The notes under the pieces were generated by a model that searched no databases, had not been told where the DNA came from, and saw nothing but the letters and a program-made list of their open reading frames with translations. Made by a program: the position numbers and the translations under genes. This document shows positions 1 through 8,682 of a stretch of DNA of 32,732 nt, piece by piece. Origin of the DNA: Proteobacteria bacterium UBA7420 (lineage in GTDB: Bacteria > Pseudomonadota > Gammaproteobacteria > Magnimaribacterales > D2472); assembly GCA_002469975.1 (NCBI GenBank), contig DKMG01000007.1, forward strand, positions 1 through 32,732, read 5' to 3'. Each line of letters starts with the position of its first letter. The first letter of the stretch is position 1.

Positions 1-52
1 CAGTTGACTGTTAATCAATTGGTCCGTGGTTCGATCCCACGTCAGGGAGCCA
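1..52 (+). tRNA. tRNA-Asn(GTT), 5'-truncated by the window edge
   Basis: Anticodon arm GTTGA-CTGTTAA-TCAAT with GTT at 10-12; T-arm CGTGG-TTCGATC-CCACG; encoded 3' CCA at 50-52. Confidence 0.95.
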
Positions 53-85
53 TTTCTTTAGCTGATCATCGATTTTAATCTATTT

Positions 86-112
86 AATCATTGCATGCAT
101 GATGATTTTTTT
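86..112 (+). terminator. possible weak intrinsic terminator after tRNA-Asn
   Basis: AATCATT...GATGATT imperfect AT-rich hairpin running into T7 (106-112). The stem is weak. Confidence 0.3.
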
Positions 113-176
113 CTGCCCAGCATCACACCAAAGAAATTTATTTCTCTTTTACGGCCCTTTCAGTAATAATTGATCA

Positions 177-1040
177 ATGAAAAGATTAGAAAATAAAGTA
201 GCGGTTATCACTGGAGCTGCTAGTGGTATTGGTAAAGAAACAGCCTTATTATTTTTAGAGCATGGAGCTAATGTTGTGCTTGCTGATATGAACAAGAGCA
301 CCCTCGAAGAAACATTTGAACTTATCAAGCAGAAAAATTTTGAGCAGAATGCGTGCATATGCTTAACCGATGTTTCTCTGGAGGAAGATGTTGAAAAATT
401 AATAGCTATGGCGGTAGAGCAATTTGGCGCATTGGATATTTTATTTAACAATGCTGGGATTGGTGGTGCTATCGGCCCAATCACTCACATCAATGCAGAT
501 GAGTGGGATCGATCATTTCAAATTCTTCTCAAATCAGTTTTTCTAGGCTCTAAATATGCCGCACGGGTCATGAAAAAAAACCCAGTAGGTGGCTCAATTA
601 TCAATACTGCATCAATCGCAGGCATGGGTGGGGGATCTGGTCCTCTTGCCTATTCCGCAGCCAAAGCTGGAGTAATTAATTTTTGTAAGAATGCTGCTAT
701 TGAACTAGGTCCAGACAAGATTCGGGTAAATGCTATTTCGCCTGGGGCAATTGATACACCTCTGTTAGCCACTGCAATTGAAGATAGTAAGCTTGATCAA
801 CCAATAGAGGATTTTGGCATGCCAATTGATATTGCAAATACAGCATTATTTCTTGCCTCAGATGAATCAAGATTTATTACAGGAATCAATGTCTGTGTTG
901 ATGGTGGTTTGACTCTAGATCAATCAGGCTTGATGACGGATGCAGCTGAGCATTATTCTAAAATGGGCATTGAGCGAGTGGTTGGAATGAACATGGGCTC
1001 AACAGGTGTTGACTCTGTGATTGAAAGTCTAGAAGAATAG
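177..1040 (+). CDS. classical short-chain dehydrogenase/reductase, probably NAD-preferring; substrate unknown
   Basis: TGAASGIG, Asp after beta-2 (VLAD), NNAG, catalytic YSAAK, IRVNAISPG, FITG..VDGG. Confidence 0.92.
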   Translation: MKRLENKVAVITGAASGIGKETALLFLEHGANVVLADMNKSTLEETFELIKQKNFEQNACICLTDVSLEEDVEKLIAMAVEQFGALDILFNNAGIGGAIGPITHINADEWDRSFQILLKSVFLGSKYAARVMKKNPVGGSIINTASIAGMGGGSGPLAYSAAKAGVINFCKNAAIELGPDKIRVNAISPGAIDTPLLATAIEDSKLDQPIEDFGMPIDIANTALFLASDESRFITGINVCVDGGLTLDQSGLMTDAAEHYSKMGIERVVGMNMGSTGVDSVIESLEE

Positions 1041-1045
1041 CTGCG

Positions 1046-2416
1046 TTAAGATTTTTTCCAGGTTGTTCCTTCGCTGCTATCATCCAGGATAATGCCTTGC
1101 TCTGTTAAGCTATCGCGAATCTTGTCAGCTGTTTCAAAATCTTTTTCGTCTCTTGCGGTATTTCTTAAGGCTATTTGTCGCTCAATTTCTTGATCTGCTA
1201 TTGCTGCTCCAAACTGAAAAAACATTTTAGGATCATCTTGCAGCAACCCCAATACACCACTTAATTTTTTTAAAGTTGTGCCATATTTTATAATTTGCCC
1301 TGGATCCTCAGAGCTATTAATCAGCTTGGCAAGCTGAAATAGTAAGCTAAGAGCTTCCGGAGTATTTAAATCGTCGTTCATCACAACAGAGAATTGAGTG
1401 ACCATGTCTTGGTCATATTCGCTGCCCTCACCCTCAATTGAAGCTAGTGTCTGATAAAGCCTAGTTAATGCTGATTTAGCTTGATTTAAGGACTCTTGAT
1501 CAAAATTTAGAGAGCTTCTGTAGTGGCTGGAGACTAAGTAGTAACGAAGGACTTCGGGGTGGTAGGAGGTAAATAGGTCCTTCAACATAGCAAAATTGCC
1601 TAAAGACTTAGACATTTTCTCACCATTAATTTTTAGTAAGCCTGAGTGCAGCCAGTAATTGGCAAATTGCTTACCTGAAGAACATTCTGATTGAGCAATT
1701 TCATTCTCATGGTGAGGAAAGAGCAAGTCTGGCCCCCCTCCATGAATATCAAAATGCTCTCCTAGATTTTTTAATGACATAACAGAGCATTCAATGTGCC
1801 AACCCGGTCTGCCTTTTCCCCATGGCGAATCCCAAAAAGGCTCGCCCTCCTTGGCACTTTTCCATAGCACAAAATCTAAAGGATCCTTTTTTGACTCGTC
1901 CTCTACCACTCGAGATCCAGGATTTAGATCATCAATATTCTTATTAGATAATTTACCGTACTCTGGGAAGGTTCTGACAGCAAAAAAAACATCTCCGCCG
2001 GATGAATGATAGGCATGCCCTTTCTCAATCAAGCTCTCAATCATCTCAATCATGCCAGGAATATGATCTGTAGCCTTGGGTTCAAAAGTAGGCAGATCCA
2101 GGCCTAGCTTTAAAAAGTCTTCATGCATACTAGAAATGGTTCTCTGCGTTAAATCACCAATTAGCTCATTATTCTTCATGGCTCTCTCGATAATCTTGTC
2201 ATCAATGTCTGTAATATTTCTAATAAAATTAACTTTATAGCCTTGATATTTTAGATATTTCACCAGAATATCAAATGCCATCATTGCTCGAGCATGGCCT
2301 AGGTGACAGCTGTCATATACTGTCATTCCACACACATATATACCAACCTCACCCTCGTTAATCGGCACAAAGTCTTCTTTCGTGTTGGTTAAAGAACTAT
2401 AAAATCTTAATGTCAT
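1046..2416 (-). CDS. cysS: cysteine--tRNA ligase
   Basis: YVCGMTVYD..HLGH (HIGH motif), RNITDIDDKII, GRPGWHIECS, DIHGGG, FPHHENE, KMSKS. Confidence 0.98.
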   Translation of the reverse strand: MTLRFYSSLTNTKEDFVPINEGEVGIYVCGMTVYDSCHLGHARAMMAFDILVKYLKYQGYKVNFIRNITDIDDKIIERAMKNNELIGDLTQRTISSMHEDFLKLGLDLPTFEPKATDHIPGMIEMIESLIEKGHAYHSSGGDVFFAVRTFPEYGKLSNKNIDDLNPGSRVVEDESKKDPLDFVLWKSAKEGEPFWDSPWGKGRPGWHIECSVMSLKNLGEHFDIHGGGPDLLFPHHENEIAQSECSSGKQFANYWLHSGLLKINGEKMSKSLGNFAMLKDLFTSYHPEVLRYYLVSSHYRSSLNFDQESLNQAKSALTRLYQTLASIEGEGSEYDQDMVTQFSVVMNDDLNTPEALSLLFQLAKLINSSEDPGQIIKYGTTLKKLSGVLGLLQDDPKMFFQFGAAIADQEIERQIALRNTARDEKDFETADKIRDSLTEQGIILDDSSEGTTWKKS

Positions 2417-2477
2417 CTGTTATTTAATATGTGAATCACCTATTATAGGGAACTTAAATTGAATGTAGGTTTTATTG

Positions 2478-3098
2478 ATGTCAAAAATACAAATTACTTT
2501 TCTAGTAGTTATCATAGCTGCCGTTGCTTTAGCTTTCTTTCTATCATCATCTGACTCAAATGATCAGATTAAATATTATCCACAGGAGGATCAAATGTCA
2601 CTTGTAACTATCTCTACCTCAGCCGGAGACATTCACATAGAACTCAATGCTGATCAAGCGCCCATCACTGTAACAAACTTTCTCAAGCTTGCAGAAGATG
2701 GCTATTACAATGGTACGATTTTTCACAGAATCATTGATGGCTTTATGGTTCAAGGTGGTGGATTAGATGAAAATATGGCTCCAAAGCCAACGGGAACAGA
2801 GCCAATTCAAAACGAAGCGAATAATGGATTGAAGAACGATCGTGGCACTCTTGCAATGGCTAGAACCATGGACCCACACTCTGCAACGGGTCAATTTTTT
2901 ATTAACCATAAGGACAATGATTTTCTTAACCATACCTCTGAAACCTCTCAAGGTTGGGGTTATGCTGTTTTTGGTTCTGTTATTGATGGCATGGACATCG
3001 TAGACAAAATTGCGCTAAGTACCACATCTACAGTTGGCGGTTATGCTGATGCTCCTCTTGAGCCAACAACCATTAACTCCGTTACAGTGAGTGAATGA
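2478..3098 (+). CDS. ppiB: cyclophilin-type peptidyl-prolyl cis-trans isomerase with hydrophobic N-terminal extension; alternative internal start at 2595
   Basis: YNGTIFHRIIDGFMVQGGG, NEANNGLKNDRGTLAMART, SATGQFFIN, WGYAVFG. Divergent from cysS and followed by lpxH, as in E. coli. Confidence 0.93.
   Translation: MSKIQITFLVVIIAAVALAFFLSSSDSNDQIKYYPQEDQMSLVTISTSAGDIHIELNADQAPITVTNFLKLAEDGYYNGTIFHRIIDGFMVQGGGLDENMAPKPTGTEPIQNEANNGLKNDRGTLAMARTMDPHSATGQFFINHKDNDFLNHTSETSQGWGYAVFGSVIDGMDIVDKIALSTTSTVGGYADAPLEPTTINSVTVSE
2584..2589 (+). promoter_or_regulatory. perfect Shine-Dalgarno AGGAGG for the internal in-frame ATG at 2595
   Basis: CAC-AGGAGG-ATCAA-ATG; 5-nt spacing; the ATG coincides with the start of the cyclophilin domain. 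Confidence 0.75.
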
Positions 3099-3817
3099 AA
3101 TTAGGGTTCATCTCTGATCTGCATTTGTCTGAAGCAAAACCTTCAACTACAGAAGGTTTTTTTAAATTTTTAAAAGCAGCTGAGCAAGAATTCTCACATC
3201 TATATGTTTTAGGTGACTTGTTTGAGGTGTGGATAGGTGATGACGATGACGCGCCGTTTGCATTAGAGGTTATTGCGGCAATAAAAGCAGCAACTCGAAG
3301 CGGCCTAGAAATATTTTTTATGCATGGAAATCGAGACTTCTTATGTGGCAAGAGATTTGCTGAAGAGGCAAACATGACTGTGTTACCAGATCCTTTTTTT
3401 ATAGATTACTTTGATCAAAAGATTGCTCTCTCACATGGAGATAATTTTTGCACTGATGACCTGGAGTATCTGGCATTTAAAAAAGAGGTGCGCTCTGATT
3501 CATGGCAGCAAGAGTTTTTAAGCAAGCCTCTCGTAGAACGGCGCGAGATTGCCGCAGGCATGAGAGATATTAGCGAGTCTCATAATAATAATAAGCCTGT
3601 TTCAATTATGGATGTTGCAACCAGCTCAATTCATCGGTTTTTTACAGATCATAAAATTGATTTATTAATTCATGGTCATACCCATCGTCCCTATACTCAT
3701 GAGATCGTGATGCCAAATATTAATGGCATACGCATTGTCCTTGGTGACTGGCACGAAACGGGCTGGTGCCTCACGCTTGAGGATAAAGAAAAAACACTGA
3801 AAGAATTTAAGCTCTAA
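3095..3817 (+). CDS. lpxH: UDP-2,3-diacylglucosamine diphosphatase (lipid A biosynthesis)
   Basis: Calcineurin-like motifs FISDLH, GDLFEVWIGDD, HGNRDF, HGD, HGHTHRP, RIVLGDW; ATGA overlap with ppiB. Confidence 0.95.
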   Translation: MKLGFISDLHLSEAKPSTTEGFFKFLKAAEQEFSHLYVLGDLFEVWIGDDDDAPFALEVIAAIKAATRSGLEIFFMHGNRDFLCGKRFAEEANMTVLPDPFFIDYFDQKIALSHGDNFCTDDLEYLAFKKEVRSDSWQQEFLSKPLVERREIAAGMRDISESHNNNKPVSIMDVATSSIHRFFTDHKIDLLIHGHTHRPYTHEIVMPNINGIRIVLGDWHETGWCLTLEDKEKTLKEFKL

Positions 3818-3823
3818 AAACTC

Positions 3824-3852
3824 TTGCGTCTAAATTTTTAATACTGTATGTT
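3824..3852 (+). promoter_or_regulatory. putative sigma70 promoter of umuDC
   Basis: TTGCGT (3824-3829), 17 nt, TATGTT (3847-3852); the -10 lies inside the SOS box. Confidence 0.55.
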
Positions 3853-3869
3853 TATACAGTATTAAAAAT
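3834..3869. repeat. perfect inverted repeat with 16-bp arms and 4-nt loop, centred on the SOS box
   Basis: ATTTTTAATACTGTAT-GTTT-ATACAGTATTAAAAAT; the arms are exact reverse complements. Confidence 0.95.
3842..3861. promoter_or_regulatory. LexA operator (SOS box) upstream of umuD
   Basis: TACTGTATGTTTATACAGTA matches the gammaproteobacterial consensus TACTG(TA)5CAGTA. Confidence 0.95.
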
Positions 3870-3872
3870 CCC

Positions 3873-4304
3873 ATGACTATTAATTATCTCGGTTCAATAT
3901 CGGCAGATGATCTGCCAGCAACTTTTACAAAATTTTTTTTGGAACCGGTATCAGTTGGCTTTCCAAGCCCCGCAAATGACTACCTAGAGAGCCCGATAGA
4001 TCTTAATAAATACCTTATTAAGAATAACGTAGCAACTTTTTTAATAAGAGTGTCAGGAGAATCCATGATTAATGCCAATATCGGAGATCAAGCAATCTTA
4101 ATTGTAGATAGGAGTCTTAAACCAAAACATGGGAGTATTGTTGTGGCATCACTGGATGGAGAATTTGTGTGCAAAAGATTGCAGCTCAGACCTCGTCTTT
4201 GTCTGTTACCAGAGAATCCAGCGTATGAACCCATTTACGTGCAGCATGGACAAGATCTAGACATAATGGGCACAGTTACTGCTGCCATCAATAAATTTGA
4301 ATGA
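3873..4304 (+). CDS. umuD: DNA polymerase V autoproteolytic subunit (S24 peptidase)
   Basis: GFPSPANDY, DLN..LIKN..ATF.IRVSGESM (catalytic Ser), FVCKRL (catalytic Lys), LLPENPAY; SOS box upstream, umuC downstream. Confidence 0.93.
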   Translation: MTINYLGSISADDLPATFTKFFLEPVSVGFPSPANDYLESPIDLNKYLIKNNVATFLIRVSGESMINANIGDQAILIVDRSLKPKHGSIVVASLDGEFVCKRLQLRPRLCLLPENPAYEPIYVQHGQDLDIMGTVTAAINKFE

Positions 4305-5572
4305 CGTTATTAGCGCTAGTGGATTGTGATAACTTCTATGCATCTTGTGAGAGAGTGTTTAGACCAGATTTACGAAAAAAACCTATTGTCGTGCTATCTA
4401 ATAATGATGGATGCGTGATCGCAAGAAGTAAAGAAGCTAAAGCTATGGGTATAAAAATGGGAGTGCCATGGTTTCAAATCAAGCGCGCCTATTTAGCTCA
4501 AGGGGGGGAGGCGTTCTCATCAAACTTTGCACTATATGGAGATTTATCGAGCAGGGTCATGCATGTGTTAGCAGGCATGGTGAATAACATTGAGGTTTAC
4601 AGCATTGATGAAGCATTTTTAGATCTACAACACATGCAAACTAGTAGTCATGCCTACGAATTTGGTATTTATTGTAGAAATATTGTGCGCCAATGGGTTG
4701 GGATACCCGTCCGTATTGGTATAGCTCCTACAAAAACGCTAGCAAAAATTGCAAGTCATATCGCAAAACAAAGAGCTGGAGGAACAGGGGTGCTGTGTTT
4801 GAACGAACAGCATCATATTGAGCGTGCTTTAAAAAATTTATCAGTCCATGAAATTTGGGGGGTTGGTCGAAATTTATCAAGGCGCCTTAATGCTCTAAAT
4901 ATTTACTCAGGCTATGAGCTAATGCAAAGCGACACTCGGTTTATTAGAGATAAATTTAGCGTGGTGCTGGAGCGTACCGTGCGTGAGCTCAGAAGTGAGC
5001 AATGCCTGCAAATACATAGAAATACCGAGCCTAAAAAACAAATTATTGTTAGTCGAAGCTTTGGGAAAAAAATAGTTGATCTAGAACAGATGAGGCCTCT
5101 GGTAAGTAACTTTGCTGTGAGAGCCAGTGAAAAATTAAGAAATGAGGGGCAAAAGTGCTTACAGGTATCAGTATTAATTTTTACTAGTCCTTTTAATAAT
5201 CAAGCACAATACAGAGGTTTTCATACCATTCAATTTCCCAGTCCAGTCAGTGATACAAGAGATATTTTAGCTGGAGCACAAACAGCTCTGAGCAATTGTT
5301 TTAAGCGGGGTTACTCATACGCAAAAGCAGGTGTAATACTGAATCAGTTCTCGAAACATTCAATCACGCAAGGTTTACTTTTCAATGAAATAGATCAATG
5401 CATTCACGTGAAGCAAGATGATAAATTGATGCAGTACATAGATTCAATGAATGAGAAGCAAGCTCAGATATATTACGCTTCGCAATCCCCGGGTCATCTA
5501 CTCCCAATCACCAAGTCTATGACATCACCAAGATATACAACAAATTGGCTGGATTTACCGACCGCTAACTAA
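4301..5572 (+). CDS. umuC: DNA polymerase V catalytic subunit (Y-family)
   Basis: ALVDCDNFYASCERVFRPDL, VVLSNNDGCVIARS, YSIDEAFLD, GIAPTKTLAK, SRSFG, clamp-like QGLLF, C-terminal SPRYTTNW. Confidence 0.95.
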   Translation: MTLLALVDCDNFYASCERVFRPDLRKKPIVVLSNNDGCVIARSKEAKAMGIKMGVPWFQIKRAYLAQGGEAFSSNFALYGDLSSRVMHVLAGMVNNIEVYSIDEAFLDLQHMQTSSHAYEFGIYCRNIVRQWVGIPVRIGIAPTKTLAKIASHIAKQRAGGTGVLCLNEQHHIERALKNLSVHEIWGVGRNLSRRLNALNIYSGYELMQSDTRFIRDKFSVVLERTVRELRSEQCLQIHRNTEPKKQIIVSRSFGKKIVDLEQMRPLVSNFAVRASEKLRNEGQKCLQVSVLIFTSPFNNQAQYRGFHTIQFPSPVSDTRDILAGAQTALSNCFKRGYSYAKAGVILNQFSKHSITQGLLFNEIDQCIHVKQDDKLMQYIDSMNEKQAQIYYASQSPGHLLPITKSMTSPRYTTNWLDLPTAN

Positions 5573-5998
5573 AAAATACCGTTGATAATGAGCCTCAGAT
5601 AATTCTAAAAATTCTATATAAATATTATTTTTAAGCTCAGATAAATCCATTTGAGTATGAGAGTTAATACCAAATTGTTCTAAATCAAGTGACTGAGAGC
5701 CAGCGGCACGTAAAAGATCAAAAATCCAAGTCAGGGGATCTAGCGCATCATTAAAATTAATACCCTTCTCATTGAGTTTAGATGCAAGCAACTCTGGATT
5801 GGAAATGGAAAACCTATCGCGTAAGACGGTTAACTTAAAATCTTCTAAGCGAGAATTCACTAACTCTTTTTCTAAGACAGAGTACTTGTTCCAATTAATC
5901 ACTTCATGTAAAAAGCGTTTGCAGCCTTTGCAGACGTTATCACCATATGTAGTCGAGCATATCCCAAGACATGGAGTGGAAGCTTTGTTCTTCTTCAT
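5555..5998 (-). CDS. DUF1289-like Cys-rich (predicted Fe-S) protein, 147 aa
   Basis: TPCLGICSTTYGDNVCKGCKRF..EVINWN. Start moved to the ATG at 5998 because the longer ORF overlaps acnB. Divergent from acnB, as I recall in Pseudomonas. Confidence 0.8.
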   Translation of the reverse strand: MKKNKASTPCLGICSTTYGDNVCKGCKRFLHEVINWNKYSVLEKELVNSRLEDFKLTVLRDRFSISNPELLASKLNEKGINFNDALDPLTWIFDLLRAAGSQSLDLEQFGINSHTQMDLSELKNNIYIEFLELSEAHYQRYFLVSGR

Positions 5999-6053
5999 GT
6001 TTTGGATAATACATGATTTTATTAAAGTAAATGGCATGAATCGATCAATGGGC

Positions 6054-6082
6054 TTGGGTATTTGGAGATACCGCAGTAAAAT
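6054..6082 (+). promoter_or_regulatory. putative sigma70 promoter of acnB
   Basis: TTGGGT (6054-6059), 17 nt, TAAAAT (6077-6082), followed by an AGGAG RBS. Confidence 0.55.
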
Positions 6083-6102
6083 GACGATCCCAGGAGAAAA
6101 AT

Positions 6103-8682
6103 ATGCTTGAAGATTACAAAATACACTGCCAAGAGAGAGAGAAATTAGGAATACCACCTCTACCACTATCAGCCCAACAAACATCTGAGTTAGTAGACCT
6201 TTTAAAGGAGGATCATGGGGAGCCTGAATTATTGCTAGATCTTTTAAAAGAAAGGACTCCAGCAGGCGTAGATCAAGCGGCTTATGTAAAAGCTGGTTTT
6301 CTTGCTGATATCACAACAAGTAAAACAAGCAGTCCGTATATTTCGAAGAAAGAGGCTGTAGTAATTCTTGGCACAATGCTGGGTGGCTACAATATACAGC
6401 CTTTAATTCAATGCCTAAAGGATGATGAGCTGGGAAAAGAGGCAGCAGAAGCGTTGGGGACCACCTTGTTAATCTTTGATGCGTTTAATGATGTGCTGGA
6501 GCTCTCTCAAACAAATGCAAATGCCAAAAAAGTAATTGATTCATGGGCGGAAGGTTTATGGTTTACAGAAAAAAAAGAGATTCCTAGCCAAATTAAGCTT
6601 ACTGTTTATAAAGTGCCTGGGGAAATTAATACTGATGATCTGTCGCCTGCAACAGATGCATGGTCTAGACCCGATATCCCTTTGCATGCCTTGGCAATGT
6701 TTAAGATGCCACGAGAAGGTTTAGAGAAACCATTGGAGACTATTGGGGAACTAAAGAAAAAAGGTAACCCTCTGGTGTTTGTAGGAGATGTAGTGGGTAC
6801 TGGCTCATCTAGAAAATCTGCAACAAATTCAGTGCTATGGCACATGGGTGATGAGATTCCTGCGATTCCAAATAAAAAAGAAGGTGGTTTTTGCTTTGGA
6901 GGAAAAATTGCTCCAATCTTTTTTAATACCCTGGAAGACTCAGGAGCATTCCCGGTGGAATGTGATGTATCAAAATTAAATATGGGTCAGGAAATTATTT
7001 TTGAACCTTTTAATGGAAAAATATTAGATGCTGAGAGTGGCGATGTGCTTTCTAGCTTTGAGCTGAAAACACCAGTATTACTAGATGAGGTTCGAGCGAA
7101 TGGGCGAATTCCTTTAATTATTGGAAGGCAGCTAACAGATAAAACAAGAGAAGCCTTGGGGTTAGAGCCAACAGATATTTTTACAAGACCTGACGCAGAA
7201 GATGCCTCTGATAAAGGGTTCACACTCGCACAAAAAATGGTGGGGAAAGCCTGTGGTGTTGCAGGAATCCGTCCAGGAACATATTGCGAACCACGAATGA
7301 CAACAGTGGGCTCGCAAGATACAACAGGCCCAATGACTCGAGATGAGCTAAAGGAGCTTGCATGTTTAGGGTTCTCAGCTGATTTGGTAATGCAGTCCTT
7401 CTGTCACACCGCAGCCTATCCCAAGCCTGTGGATATTGATACGCAGCACACATTGCCTGATTTTATTATGAATCGTGGTGGAGTGTCCCTAAAACCTGGA
7501 GATGGAATTATTCATTCTTGGTTAAATAGGATGCTGTTGCCTGATGGGGTGGGCACAGGTGGTGATAGCCACACACGCTTTCCAATAGGAATTAGTTTTC
7601 CTGCTGGCTCTGGACTAGTTGCTTTCGCAGCAGCCTTGGGAGTTATGCCTTTAGATATGCCTGAATCTGTGCTGGTAAGATTTAAAGGAGATATGCAGCC
7701 TGGTATAACCTTGAGAGATCTGGTGAATGCCATTCCTTATGCAGCTATTCAAAAAGGTTTGCTGACAGTCTCAAAGGAAGGGAAGAAAAATATATTTTCA
7801 GGCCGTTGTCTAGAAATTGAAGGCCTCCCTAATCTCAAGGTAGAGCAAGCATTTGAGCTATCTGACGCATCTGCTGAGAGATCAGCATCTGGTTGCACAG
7901 TGCGACTGAGCAAAGAACCGATTATTGAATACCTTAAATCTAATATTGTGATGCTGAGATGGATGATCGGAAGCGGCTATGGTGATGAAAAGACTCTAGA
8001 AAGAAGGGCTCAAGCCATGGAAGAGTGGATTGCAAATCCAGAGTTGTTAGAGCCTGATGCAAATGCTGAATATGCTGAGATTATTGAAATTGACCTCAAT
8101 GAAATCAAAGAACCCTTGCTTGCTTGCCCTAATGATCCAGATGATATCAAACCCCTTTCAGAGGTCTGTGAAACAAAAATTGATGAGGTATTTATTGGCT
8201 CATGCATGACTAATATTGGCCATTTCAGAGCAGCTGGTCATTTGCTGAAAAAACATAATGGTACAAAAGCTAGATTATGGATTGTGCCTCCAACTAAAAT
8301 GGATGAGAAGCAGTTAATGGAAGAAGGTGTCTATAATGTTTTTGGCACCTCGGGCGCTCGTACAGAAATACCTGGATGCTCTCTTTGCATGGGAAACCAA
8401 GCCAGGGTACTTGCTAACTCAACAGTTGTATCTACCTCTACGCGAAACTTTCCAAATCGCCTGGGTGACGGTGCAGACGTATTTCTTGCATCTGCAGAGC
8501 TTGCTGCAATCTCATCCATTTTAGGTAAATTACCAAACCTAGAAGAGTATTTAAAATACATGGAAGAGATCAATCCACTGGCTGATGATATATACCGTTA
8601 CTTAAATTTTAATGAGATAGAAACCTATGTTGAGACTGCTGGGAGTGCAAACATCCCATCTATCAATATCGTAAACGTCTAG
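6103..8682 (+). CDS. acnB: aconitate hydratase B / 2-methylisocitrate dehydratase
   Basis: [84 protein letters not shown]; 859 aa. Confidence 0.98.
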   Translation: MLEDYKIHCQEREKLGIPPLPLSAQQTSELVDLLKEDHGEPELLLDLLKERTPAGVDQAAYVKAGFLADITTSKTSSPYISKKEAVVILGTMLGGYNIQPLIQCLKDDELGKEAAEALGTTLLIFDAFNDVLELSQTNANAKKVIDSWAEGLWFTEKKEIPSQIKLTVYKVPGEINTDDLSPATDAWSRPDIPLHALAMFKMPREGLEKPLETIGELKKKGNPLVFVGDVVGTGSSRKSATNSVLWHMGDEIPAIPNKKEGGFCFGGKIAPIFFNTLEDSGAFPVECDVSKLNMGQEIIFEPFNGKILDAESGDVLSSFELKTPVLLDEVRANGRIPLIIGRQLTDKTREALGLEPTDIFTRPDAEDASDKGFTLAQKMVGKACGVAGIRPGTYCEPRMTTVGSQDTTGPMTRDELKELACLGFSADLVMQSFCHTAAYPKPVDIDTQHTLPDFIMNRGGVSLKPGDGIIHSWLNRMLLPDGVGTGGDSHTRFPIGISFPAGSGLVAFAAALGVMPLDMPESVLVRFKGDMQPGITLRDLVNAIPYAAIQKGLLTVSKEGKKNIFSGRCLEIEGLPNLKVEQAFELSDASAERSASGCTVRLSKEPIIEYLKSNIVMLRWMIGSGYGDEKTLERRAQAMEEWIANPELLEPDANAEYAEIIEIDLNEIKEPLLACPNDPDDIKPLSEVCETKIDEVFIGSCMTNIGHFRAAGHLLKKHNGTKARLWIVPPTKMDEKQLMEEGVYNVFGTSGARTEIPGCSLCMGNQARVLANSTVVSTSTRNFPNRLGDGADVFLASAELAAISSILGKLPNLEEYLKYMEEINPLADDIYRYLNFNEIETYVETAGSANIPSINIVNV

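Noticed and set aside
149-484. Antisense and alternate-frame ORFs (e.g. 149-484, 5772-6110, 21009-21437, 29769-30086 and other 60-140 aa shadows)
   Set aside because: They lie within or opposite well-supported genes, have no recognisable motifs, and look like reverse-frame shadows.
2417-2436. Additional SOS boxes starting with CTGT at 2417 and 31423
   Set aside because: Neither has the matching CAG half-site at the required spacing.
1-5572. Genomic island or prophage anchored at tRNA-Asn and carrying umuDC
   Set aside because: Core genes cysS, ppiB and lpxH intervene; no integrase, att duplication or phage genes were seen.
5999-6184. 62-codon N-terminal extension of the DUF1289 ORF in the ORF track
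   Set aside because: It overlaps the acnB start, RBS and promoter on the opposite strand; the recognisable domain begins right after the ATG at 5998.
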